A stretch of DNA of 64,000 nt from Bradymonadales bacterium (lineage in GTDB: Bacteria > Bdellovibrionota > UBA2394): NCBI GenBank assembly GCA_007693605.1, contig REDG01000051.1, positions 6,255-70,254 on the forward strand, in the 5' to 3' direction. Both the position numbers and the translations under genes were made by a program. Below the pieces are notes generated by a model. The model was not told the origin of the DNA. It worked only from the letters and a program-made list of their open reading frames with translations, and did no database searches. Shown here piece by piece: positions 21,494 to 29,794 of the stretch. Numbering within the stretch: the first letter of the stretch is position 1; every line of letters begins with the position of its first letter.

Positions 21494-22135
21494 ATGACAG
21501 TGGAGCAGATACCGGTACAAGTAGACGGCAATCCCTTAATGTTTGATTCGAATGTTTCGTTCGAGAATCTCACTGAACGACTAAAGCTAGAGATCGGCCC
21601 TCAGAGAGTGATCGCAGAAGTGAAGTTGGGGACTGATTTCTTAGGATTGGATGACGAGGCGAAGATTGCTCAACAGCCGCTGAGCAAGCTTGGGCCTCTA
21701 GAGTTTTTCACCAAAGAGGTGACTGATTTGTTGAAGGACAGTTTGCAATTGGCCCCACGGATTTGTGAGTCGCTGGCTTTGGATTGTCAGGATGTTTTGG
21801 CGTTTTTCGAAAAAGAGGAGTTTGAGGCGGCTCACGAACGAATCGGAGAGATCAGCTCTCTCGTCGACTGGCTCTTGCAGTGTATTGTCTCCCTTCAAAG
21901 CTATGGAGATGAAAGCTTTAAGACTTTGGCGGTGGAAGAGGGAACTTTGGTAGACTCTGTTCGTGCGATGGAGAAAATCTTAAAGGAGCTTCACGGTCAC
22001 CTTTCAAGCCAGAACTACGGGCCCTTTCTCAGAATTCTCTTAGGAGAGTTCAAGCCACAGATCATTTTGTGGAAGGCTTTATTTGAGAAAGCTGCCACAA
22101 GCTGGACTCCTCGATCTTCAAAGAGCGAGACATAA
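21494..22135 (+). CDS. Hypothetical protein
   Basis: SD GGAGGA then ATG 21494; 213-aa ORF co-oriented with the FliT-like gene. Confidence 0.65.
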   Translation: MTVEQIPVQVDGNPLMFDSNVSFENLTERLKLEIGPQRVIAEVKLGTDFLGLDDEAKIAQQPLSKLGPLEFFTKEVTDLLKDSLQLAPRICESLALDCQDVLAFFEKEEFEAAHERIGEISSLVDWLLQCIVSLQSYGDESFKTLAVEEGTLVDSVRAMEKILKELHGHLSSQNYGPFLRILLGEFKPQIILWKALFEKAATSWTPRSSKSET

Positions 22136-23021
22136 GCCGTTGTAACTCAAGTTCGGGTTTTGCTGACTCGTAGCAAATTCGATAAACAGCTTGGCTGATC
22201 GGCAAGTCTAAGGCCTGCCGCTTCGAGATTTCAAAGACCTGTTGGGCCGTGTAGTAGCCTTCTACCGTCTTGAGTTCCCTTAGGGCTTCTTGAATGTTCT
22301 TTCCTGCTCCCAGTGCCAGCCCGAGTCTTCGATTGCGGCTAAGATCGCCGGTGGCAGTCAGCCAAAGGTCCCCCACTCCCGCCAGGCCTAAAGCTGTGGC
22401 GGGCCGACCTCCAAGAGCTTCGACCAGTTGAAACATTTCGACCAGAGCTCGACTCAGAAGTGCGGCTCGGGCGTTCAGTCCAAGCTTTAAGGCATCTGAG
22501 ATGCCGCAAGCAATCGCTAGAACATTCTTTAGGCTCCCACAGAGCTCTACCCCAACGGGGTCGCTGTGGGCGTAGAGTCGAAACCATGCCGTTCCTAACG
22601 AATCGCACAAACTGGAAACAAATTCCGCATCGCGACCAGCGATCACACAGGCGGTCGGCTTTTTTTGAATCAACTCTGCTGCAAAGCTGGGGCCAGAGAG
22701 GGTCGCAATGGGCGCAGAGATCTTCTGTTCAGCAAGAGGGCTGAAGGTTTTCATGCTCTTTCGATCGATTCCCTTGCTCGCATTCAGAACGCCGCTCAAT
22801 TTGCGAACTTTAGAGAGCTGGTCGATGACAGATTCAACCGCGGGGAAGGGGCAGGAGACCAGAGCCAGACACTCCTCTGAAAAGGCCTCATCCCAGTCGG
22901 TCTTCGAGGCGTTTCGGTCTAAGCTCACGACCTTATGGGACGCCGCCTCAAAGCTCTCTTTAAGGGCTGTTCCCCAGTTTCCTGGGCCGATAATGCAAAT
23001 GCGGCGCTGTTCCAAGTCCAA
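22062..23021 (-). CDS. gpsA: NAD(P)H-dependent glycerol-3-phosphate dehydrogenase
   Basis: GPGNWGTAL, SKGI, LSGPSFA, GSLKNVLAIACG, GLAGVGDL, SRNR. Confidence 0.94.
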   Translation of the reverse strand: MDLEQRRICIIGPGNWGTALKESFEAASHKVVSLDRNASKTDWDEAFSEECLALVSCPFPAVESVIDQLSKVRKLSGVLNASKGIDRKSMKTFSPLAEQKISAPIATLSGPSFAAELIQKKPTACVIAGRDAEFVSSLCDSLGTAWFRLYAHSDPVGVELCGSLKNVLAIACGISDALKLGLNARAALLSRALVEMFQLVEALGGRPATALGLAGVGDLWLTATGDLSRNRRLGLALGAGKNIQEALRELKTVEGYYTAQQVFEISKRQALDLPISQAVYRICYESAKPELELQRLMSRSLKIEESSLWQLSQIKPSTK

Positions 23022-23055
23022 CTCTCTTTCGATTCCATGGCATAATTAAAGAAGC

Positions 23056-23253
23056 GTGAGAGATGCACAAGTAAAAACTAAAGGCCGTCCTTTTTTAGGC
23101 ATTTTCTTCGAGTGTTGTCAGGTTTATCAGCGAATCTATCGTGAACCGGATGCCACGCGCTATCAGGGGCATTGTCCTCGCTGCTATCGATCCATTCGCT
23201 TGCGGGTTGACCCCACGGAGGGGTCGAATTGTAGATTTTGGAGGGCCCTATGA
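23056..23253 (+). CDS. Small Cys-rich (zinc-ribbon-like) hypothetical protein
   Basis: RPFLGIFFECCQVY.RIY...YQGHCPRC; stop overlaps start of the next gene (ATGA). Confidence 0.65.
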   Translation: MRDAQVKTKGRPFLGIFFECCQVYQRIYREPDATRYQGHCPRCYRSIRLRVDPTEGSNCRFWRAL

Positions 23254-24515
23254 ATCCGGCTCGATCGCCACTCCGCTGGCCTTCGGAGTTGTGTGAGACT
23301 TTAGCGAAAGAAGGGGATTGGCGGGCGCTCAATCAGGAGTTGAATCGCATCCTGTCGGAAGATCTCGATCGATCTCAGCTCGAGCTGGTCACTTCCGTTC
23401 TTCAGTATCTCGGAGAGCAAAGGCTCAGCCCCCCAGAGAATCAAAAAATTCAAAGACTTTCTCAGGTGATTTTTGAGCTTCACCTTCAAAATGAAGATTG
23501 GTCGGCAGCCCTCATCCAGTGGCTGCAGTGGCGGTCTCAATCGGTTGAGATGCAAAAGCTTCAGCTTCGTTTGAGGCAAATGGCTCGCAGAATTTCTCAA
23601 GCCAGAAGTCTGCGAAACAAGCCTGGTGAAGATCTTCCTCCGCCTACGCCTTTCTCTAAGTTGAACGCCAAAGTGAGCGTAGAAGACGCCTTTCCTGAAG
23701 ATGACTTTCGGGATCAATGGATTGGAAAGACCGAAGTTCGTGTGCCTTACCTGTCTGAAATGAATGTGAATGAGGTTTACCGACTCTTGCCCCTGTTTTC
23801 TTGGGCTAGCTTCGAGCCAGGAGAGAGAATCTATGAGAAGTCCGGAGACTCTGACTTCTTGTATATTCTTGCAAAGGGAAAGGTGCTTCTCGACAATCTC
23901 TTAGACGGGCAGCGAGAGATTGGCCGAAACGAGATTTTTGGAGATTTGAGTTTGTTCGGGGAGGCTCGGCATTCGGCTCGGGCCTTTGCGCAAGAGCCCT
24001 CAGATGTTCTGATGATTCGTCGTGAGGACTTGATGCAAGCTTTGAATAGGCTGCCTCAATTGAAGGCACAGGTTCTTCTAGAGTCTCAGCAGCGATTGTT
24101 TCGTCATGTTCAGAAGCACAGTTTTGTCTTTCGAGATTTCCCCGCCAGCGATATTGATTTGCTTTGGGAATACCTTATTCCCCTGCACATTGCGCCGGGA
24201 CAGGTCTTGATGGAGCCTGAGCGGGAAGCCGATCGATTTTTTGTGGTCTTGAGTGGGCGGTTAGAAGTCATTCGCCCGGGGATTAAGAGCTTGCAGTTGG
24301 GTGCCGGACATTTTGTGGGTGAGAGAGGCTTTCTGATGGGTAGCAAGAGAACAGCTCAAGTGAAGAGTTTGTCTCACTGTCATGTTCTGGAATGTGATCG
24401 ATTGAGCTTCGAGGAGCTCTGTGAGGCCTACCCAGACTTGAGTTTACGGTCGGAGCGCCTGCGGCCAGAGTTGGAAAGACCGACTTTTCGCTCAAAAGAC
24501 CCTGTAATTGATTGA
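23250..24515 (+). CDS. Tandem cyclic-nucleotide-binding domain protein
   Basis: Two CAP-type domains: LYILAKGKV...FGDLSL...RHSARA and FFVVLSGRL...VGERGF...RTAQV. Confidence 0.8.
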   Translation: MNPARSPLRWPSELCETLAKEGDWRALNQELNRILSEDLDRSQLELVTSVLQYLGEQRLSPPENQKIQRLSQVIFELHLQNEDWSAALIQWLQWRSQSVEMQKLQLRLRQMARRISQARSLRNKPGEDLPPPTPFSKLNAKVSVEDAFPEDDFRDQWIGKTEVRVPYLSEMNVNEVYRLLPLFSWASFEPGERIYEKSGDSDFLYILAKGKVLLDNLLDGQREIGRNEIFGDLSLFGEARHSARAFAQEPSDVLMIRREDLMQALNRLPQLKAQVLLESQQRLFRHVQKHSFVFRDFPASDIDLLWEYLIPLHIAPGQVLMEPEREADRFFVVLSGRLEVIRPGIKSLQLGAGHFVGERGFLMGSKRTAQVKSLSHCHVLECDRLSFEELCEAYPDLSLRSERLRPELERPTFRSKDPVID

Positions 24516-24546
24516 CATTCAATAGGGCTTTGGCGAATTCGGAAGC

Positions 24547-25314
24547 ATGAATCTTAATGGAAAAAAGGCTTTGGTCTTAGGCCTTGCCAATCAGCGAAGT
24601 ATAGCCTGGGGAATCTGTCAGAAATTGAAAGAGGCGGGGGCCGAGTTAATCTTGAGCTATTTGCCGGTTTTAGAGAAACGAGTTTTGCCCTTAGCAGAAG
24701 AATTGGGGGTTAAGCATCTTTTCCCCTGTGATGTCGGTTCAGACGATGAGATTAAGCAGCTGGCGAAACAAGTTCAAGAGGTTGCCGGAGAGGGCTTAGA
24801 GGCTTTGGTTCACTCTTTGGCTTATGCAGAGAGAGAAGATCTAGAGAGAGATTTTGTTTATACGACAAGACAGGGTTTTCTGAAGGCGATGGATGTGTCG
24901 GCCTATTCCTTGGTGGCCCTGTGTCGGGAGCTTTTGCCCTGTCTTGAGAAGAAAGGGGGTAGTGTTCTTTGCCTTACTTACTACGGCTCTGAAAAGGTAG
25001 TTAAAAACTACAATGTGATGGGAGTGGCAAAGGCCGCTCTAGAGGCGAGCGTTCGATATTTGGCAAACGATCTCGGCCCCAAGAAAATTCGGGTCAATGC
25101 GATTTCGGCAGGGCCCATTCGGACTCTTGCGGCGAGCGGGGTGAAAGACTTCAAATCCATTCTTTCTCATATCGAAGAGGTCGCCCCCCTTCGAAGAAAT
25201 ATCAGCATCGAAGAAGTGGGTAATCTCGCTCGCTTTTTGTGCAGCGACGAAGCCTCCGCTATTACGGGGGAGCTTGTTCATATTGATTCGGGCTTTCACA
25301 TCCTAAGCGCCTAG
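24547..25314 (+). CDS. fabI: Enoyl-ACP reductase FabI
   Basis: GLANQRSIAWGI, DVSAYSL, YNVMGVAKAALE, RVNAISAGPIRTLAA. Confidence 0.96.
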   Translation: MNLNGKKALVLGLANQRSIAWGICQKLKEAGAELILSYLPVLEKRVLPLAEELGVKHLFPCDVGSDDEIKQLAKQVQEVAGEGLEALVHSLAYAEREDLERDFVYTTRQGFLKAMDVSAYSLVALCRELLPCLEKKGGSVLCLTYYGSEKVVKNYNVMGVAKAALEASVRYLANDLGPKKIRVNAISAGPIRTLAASGVKDFKSILSHIEEVAPLRRNISIEEVGNLARFLCSDEASAITGELVHIDSGFHILSA

Positions 25315-25351
25315 GGAGACTGTCGCTAAGGGCCCATCTGCTCTTTTAGCT
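25314..25351 (+). repeat. Repeat family A, left end
   Basis: GGGAGACTGTCGCTAAGGGCCCATCTGC starting in the fabI TAG stop. Confidence 0.75.
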
Positions 25352-25390
25352 TTGCAAGTCTGGGTGGTTCGTCTCCAAGCCTGTCCGCCT

Positions 25391-26797
25391 CTAGCTACTG
25401 ATTCTGGTTCTCTCCAAAATGGCCAGAAAGAGCCCGTTACAGCCGTGAAGGTCTGGGGCCAGGACCAAAAAGGGGTCGAATTCCAGTAGGCCCGCTAGCT
25501 TGTCTTCCTTCCACTCAAGGCCATAATGATTCTGAACAAAGGGCAAGACATACTGACGAAGGTGCTCTGAAGCCGCCACCAGGCGGTAGGAATTGTGCGC
25601 TGACTTCAAAAAGTTCTCAATCTGCGCCTCATTTTCTGATCGATTCAGGCTCGATGTGGCATAAATCAGATGGCCGCCTAGCTTCAATTTCCTGGCGGCC
25701 TCTCTTAAAAGCGCGGCTTGAAGTCGCTGAATCTTCGGAAGATCTTCTCGCTTAAAACGCCACTTCAGCTCGGGTTGCCGAGCCACCATGCCGCTACTTG
25801 AGCTGGGGGAGTCTACCAAGACCACATCGAGGCTCTTCACCTCAGCGACCTGAGCGTCGGAAAGAATCCGAATGTTTTCAACACCAGCTCGTTGGGCGCG
25901 GGCCTTAAGTACCTTCAGTTTGCTCGGATCCGCATCATAGACAAACAAAGAGCCTTTGTTTTTCATCATACAGGCGAGATTGAGAGTGTGATCGCCTTCT
26001 CTTGCACAAAGATCCAGTACCCGGTGGCCTGGCCGAGCGTTGGTCATCAAAGCCATGATTTGAGAGGCCTCGTCTTCAATCTCAAAAAAACCTCTCTCAT
26101 AAAGCGGATGTTGAATCGGGTTCAGGCCGCTGCCCACATCAAAACCCCAAGGGCTGAACTGGCATCGTTTTACTTTCAAGTCAGCGCCCGCTTTACTGTG
26201 AGCAAAGCCCTGAATGTCCACCCGAAGACTGTTCACTCGAATGCTGGAGCGAGGCTTCAATGAACATATGGAAGCAATCTGTCTCACTCGCTGCTCTGGA
26301 AATCGCTCAGCAAGCTCCTTTAGAATTTCATCCGGCACGGGCTCTTTTCTGAGTCCCGATTCGATCTTTTCGATAATCATAGCCGAATTCTTTTCCTTTT
26401 CTTCTGCTGACTTTCCAGGGGCCTCGTAGAGGCTAAAGAGTTTCTTGAGCCCGGCGATAAAGTTCTCTGAAGAGGGATTCCAAACCTCCTGAAACTGTTT
26501 ATAGGCCTGAGTCATTGAGAGAGCGGGTCTGGCCGCCTCTTGGGCCTTAGCGGCCTTCTGAGGGCTTGCGACTGCTGGTTTCTTTACCGAGGCCGTTTTC
26601 TTGAGCTTCTTCTGACTGCTGAGTCTGGCTTTTGTCGGACTAGTTTTTTTCTTCTTCTTTTGAGAACTTTGACGAGAGGGGCTCTTTTTCTTCTTTGAAC
26701 TACGACGAAGGGGCTTCTTTTTGATCGCCGTTTTCTTCTTTTTCGTTGAGCCGCGTTTCTTTTTGGAGGTCTTTGTCCTTGTTTTCTTTTTTGCCAT
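25391..26797 (-). CDS. RsmB/NOL1/NOP2-family RNA m5C methyltransferase homologue, catalytic Cys residues absent, Lys-rich N-terminus
   Basis: IRVN, GFFEIEDEASQ, VLDLCA, VLVDSPSS (normally DAPCS), IYATSS (normally YATCS), ENE. Confidence 0.85.
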   Translation of the reverse strand: MAKKKTRTKTSKKKRGSTKKKKTAIKKKPLRRSSKKKKSPSRQSSQKKKKKTSPTKARLSSQKKLKKTASVKKPAVASPQKAAKAQEAARPALSMTQAYKQFQEVWNPSSENFIAGLKKLFSLYEAPGKSAEEKEKNSAMIIEKIESGLRKEPVPDEILKELAERFPEQRVRQIASICSLKPRSSIRVNSLRVDIQGFAHSKAGADLKVKRCQFSPWGFDVGSGLNPIQHPLYERGFFEIEDEASQIMALMTNARPGHRVLDLCAREGDHTLNLACMMKNKGSLFVYDADPSKLKVLKARAQRAGVENIRILSDAQVAEVKSLDVVLVDSPSSSSGMVARQPELKWRFKREDLPKIQRLQAALLREAARKLKLGGHLIYATSSLNRSENEAQIENFLKSAHNSYRLVAASEHLRQYVLPFVQNHYGLEWKEDKLAGLLEFDPFLVLAPDLHGCNGLFLAILERTRISS

Positions 26798-26913
26798 TCT
26801 GAGCTGAACTCCTTCAGGGAAGGTTAGGAAGATTTGAAAGTTTTGATCAAGCTACAAATTGGTTCTTTTCCGTAGCTTTAAGCTTGGGGGCTTGTTAGCC
26901 TTCAGCTCGATTC

Positions 26914-28668
26914 ATGAAAAACGACTTGTCAACTGAGAAATCTCCGTATTTGCAAAGAGCTTCTCGGTCGGCTGTTCGCTGGCAAAGATGGGGACAAGAG
27001 GCCTTTTCCAGGGCCATGAGTGAACGAAAGCCTATTTTTTTGAGCGTGGGCTACAGCAACTCGCATTGGTGTCAGGTGATGGAGGCCGAAAGTTTTTCGA
27101 ATCCTGAAATCGCTCGTCGGCTGAACCAAAACTTTATTCCTCTTAAGGTCGATCGAGAGGAGAGGCCTGATTTGGACAGATTGTATTCCAAGGTTCAGGC
27201 TTGGGCGACTGGCCAAGAGTCCTCTCCCCTGCATTTGTTTCTGAGCCCTCATTTAAAGGCCTTCTTTGCTGGAGCATACTTTCCGCCTGAAGCTCGCTAT
27301 GGGCTACCCCCATTTGCTGAACTCTTAGACAAGATGGCCGAGCTTTGGAATCAGGGCGACCCCAGACTAGAGTCTCAAGCGGCAGAGGCGATGCAACTTT
27401 TGGCTCAGGATGCTTTGAGTTGGGCTCAGCCACGAATGGAGACAGAGGACGGCCTCAAGCTTTGCGAAAAAAACCTCTTAAGCCTTCAAGATAAAAAAGG
27501 GGGGGGCTTTGGAACGGCTCCGAAATTCTTTTATTTCGAGGCTCTTCGATTTCTTCTTCGCTTGCCAGAGCAGCGAGCTTGGGTTGAGAAAAGCCTCAAA
27601 GAAATGGCCAAGGGCGCTGTTTTTGATCTGGTTTCGGGGGGGCTTCATCGCTTTTCAGAAGATGGAGAATGGCGTCGGCCTCATTTTGAAAAGAGACTCG
27701 TTGAAAATGCTCAATTCTGTCTCTTGTTAGCCGAGTCGATTCGTTTTCAAGATTCTCCAGTTCTTCGATGGATTCTACAGCGAAATCTCAACTGGATAGA
27801 GTCCGAGTTAAAAAAGCCAAATGGCTTGTATGCGACGGCCTTGCTTTCTTTTGGAAGCTCCAAAGACGAGGAGTTTTATTCATGGCGCAAGTCAGACTTG
27901 CCCACCCAAGGCCCGCTTTCGATCGACTCGCTCGGGGGCCTTCTTGATCTTTCACAGCCAGAGAATGAGTTCTTGATTCGATTGAAGGCTTGGCCTCAGA
28001 CTTCTTCGACTCTTGAGAGTGTGACAGAGCTTTGCGAGGCCTTGCATACACAGCGAAGCTCTGAAAAGCAAAGCCCAGGGGCGAGCCCTCTGTCGGTTGT
28101 GAGTGAGAATGCGATTTTGATTCAGGCTTGGATTGAGGCGTCGAGGGTCTTCTCAGAAGTAGTTTGGATGGAAAGGGCCAAAGCGCTTGGTGAACGACTA
28201 TGGAGTGCGGCTTGGCAAGGGGGGCGACTCAGTCATGGGGTCTACTCCGACCTGGTCTTGGCAGAAGGCTTTCTAGAAGATGCCGCTCAGCTTGGATTGG
28301 CCTTTGTCGGTCTTTACCAACGGACGAAAGAAGAGAAGTGGAGGTCACGATCTGAAGAACTTGCCCGATGGATCTTGGAGAGTTTTTATGATTCCGAACG
28401 AGGCTTTCTCTGGTACGCCCCCAAAGATCAAGAAGACCTTCTGATGAACTTTCAAGATGTTTTGGATTCTCACCAGCCAGCTTCGAGTGCGGTGGCTTTC
28501 GAGTTTTTAAGTCGCTCTCAGGAGCTTGAGCTTCGCCTTAACTTAGAAGAGCCCACTCAAAGGCTTGAAAAACATCTCAGGGCTCTGGCCGAAAAGCAAA
28601 TCGGTGGTTTTACGCGATTTTCTGTGGTGCTTGCTGATAAAACTGCTGAATCTCATTCCGCTTGTTAA
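26914..28668 (+). CDS. YyaL/SPATA20-like thioredoxin-domain (DUF255) protein
   Basis: EKSPYLQ, KPIFLSVGY..HWC.VMEAESF, KVDREERPDLD, GGFGTAPKF, PHFEK. Confidence 0.85.
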   Translation: MKNDLSTEKSPYLQRASRSAVRWQRWGQEAFSRAMSERKPIFLSVGYSNSHWCQVMEAESFSNPEIARRLNQNFIPLKVDREERPDLDRLYSKVQAWATGQESSPLHLFLSPHLKAFFAGAYFPPEARYGLPPFAELLDKMAELWNQGDPRLESQAAEAMQLLAQDALSWAQPRMETEDGLKLCEKNLLSLQDKKGGGFGTAPKFFYFEALRFLLRLPEQRAWVEKSLKEMAKGAVFDLVSGGLHRFSEDGEWRRPHFEKRLVENAQFCLLLAESIRFQDSPVLRWILQRNLNWIESELKKPNGLYATALLSFGSSKDEEFYSWRKSDLPTQGPLSIDSLGGLLDLSQPENEFLIRLKAWPQTSSTLESVTELCEALHTQRSSEKQSPGASPLSVVSENAILIQAWIEASRVFSEVVWMERAKALGERLWSAAWQGGRLSHGVYSDLVLAEGFLEDAAQLGLAFVGLYQRTKEEKWRSRSEELARWILESFYDSERGFLWYAPKDQEDLLMNFQDVLDSHQPASSAVAFEFLSRSQELELRLNLEEPTQRLEKHLRALAEKQIGGFTRFSVVLADKTAESHSAC

Positions 28669-28990
28669 AGATGGCGACCTTGGGTCCGTCAAACTTCAGG
28701 ATCTCCTGTTCGTTCAGACGGCAGTAGCAGGCAACAATCACTCGATCGCCCTTTTTGATCAAATGCGCCGCCGCGCCATTGCTCTGAAACTCTCGACTGC
28801 CTCGGGCCAAGGGGATGGCGTAAGTCTTTAACCTTTGCCCGGAGCTGATATTGTAAATCTCCACCGCTTCGAAGGGCAAAATCTCCAGTCGCTCCATAAT
28901 ATCTTGGTCAATGCCAAAACTCCCCTCGTACTCGAGGTCAGCTTTGGTCACAGTCAGTCCGTGAAGCTTGGCTCGCAGAAACTCTCTCAA
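28610..28990 (-). CDS. panD: Aspartate 1-decarboxylase
   Basis: AKLH, YEGS cleavage site, TYAI, NGAAA; TTG start at 28990 gives 126 aa. Confidence 0.9.
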   Translation of the reverse strand: MREFLRAKLHGLTVTKADLEYEGSFGIDQDIMERLEILPFEAVEIYNISSGQRLKTYAIPLARGSREFQSNGAAAHLIKKGDRVIVACYCRLNEQEILKFDGPKVAIFNKRNEIQQFYQQAPQKIA

Positions 28991-29245
28991 GAGTCGAATG
29001 ATAAGACACTGGGCTCTGTCTGACAAATGGAATTTCCTATTGCGGCAGGTCTCTTTGGCTCCTGGCCGCAAGGGGGGAGTGGCGTCTTCACGCCTCTGGA
29101 CCTCAATCGTCACCGCCGGTGAAGTCAACAAGGCCCATCGGCTTAAGGCTTTGCTGAGTGTTTTCTAGTCTGGCACTTTCGTCTCCCGACCCTGTCCCTT
29201 TCCGGATTGATTTCAAGCTGAATTCGTTCGTAGAATCGGTTTAGT

Positions 29246-29794
29246 GTGATTTTTCTTCTTCAAAGCTTTTTTAGACTACTGAGGCTGTTGAACTCGGAGA
29301 CCAAGCCCTCGCAGCTTGCGGCGGGCTTCTGTGCGGGCATGGTCTTTGGCTTCATTCCCTTCTTTTCGCTTACCAGCCTAAGCTTGTTTCTATTGGTTTG
29401 CCTGTTTCGGGTCAATTTGACGGCTTTCTTCTTGAGCTCCGCGCTGTTTAGTTTGATGGCCTGGGGTTTAGATCCCGTTTTTGATCGTTTGGGCTTCTGG
29501 CTGTTGGTTGAACTGCCGATTCTCACGGCCTTCTGGGCGGATTTGTTTCGTCAGCCACTGCTTCCTTTCTTCCAGCTCAACAACACCCTCTATTTAGGCT
29601 CCCTGGTGCTTGGCCTTGTTCTTAGTTTGCCTGTCTTTGTGGGCTTGATTTTTTTGATTCGGGCCTACAGAAAGCGATGGAGAGAAAAGATAAAGACTTC
29701 TTCTTGGTTTAAGGCCCTCAAGACCTCTAAAATTTATTCTCTCTATCAAAAGTTTAGAGCTCTTGAGGCTCGCTGGGGGCAAATCTCTTCATGA
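29246..29794 (+). CDS. TIGR03546/DUF2062-family membrane protein
   Basis: LNSETKPSQLAAG, FRVN, NNTLYLGSLV; paired with a TIGR03545-like gene. Confidence 0.8.
   Translation: MIFLLQSFFRLLRLLNSETKPSQLAAGFCAGMVFGFIPFFSLTSLSLFLLVCLFRVNLTAFFLSSALFSLMAWGLDPVFDRLGFWLLVELPILTAFWADLFRQPLLPFFQLNNTLYLGSLVLGLVLSLPVFVGLIFLIRAYRKRWREKIKTSSWFKALKTSKIYSLYQKFRALEARWGQISS

Noticed and set aside
28991-29131. N-terminal extension of PanD in the ORF track (similar extensions on cpaF, hbd, cca, trxA)
   Set aside because: Family-typical starts lie downstream with -10 or SD signals; the extensions are longest-ORF artefacts
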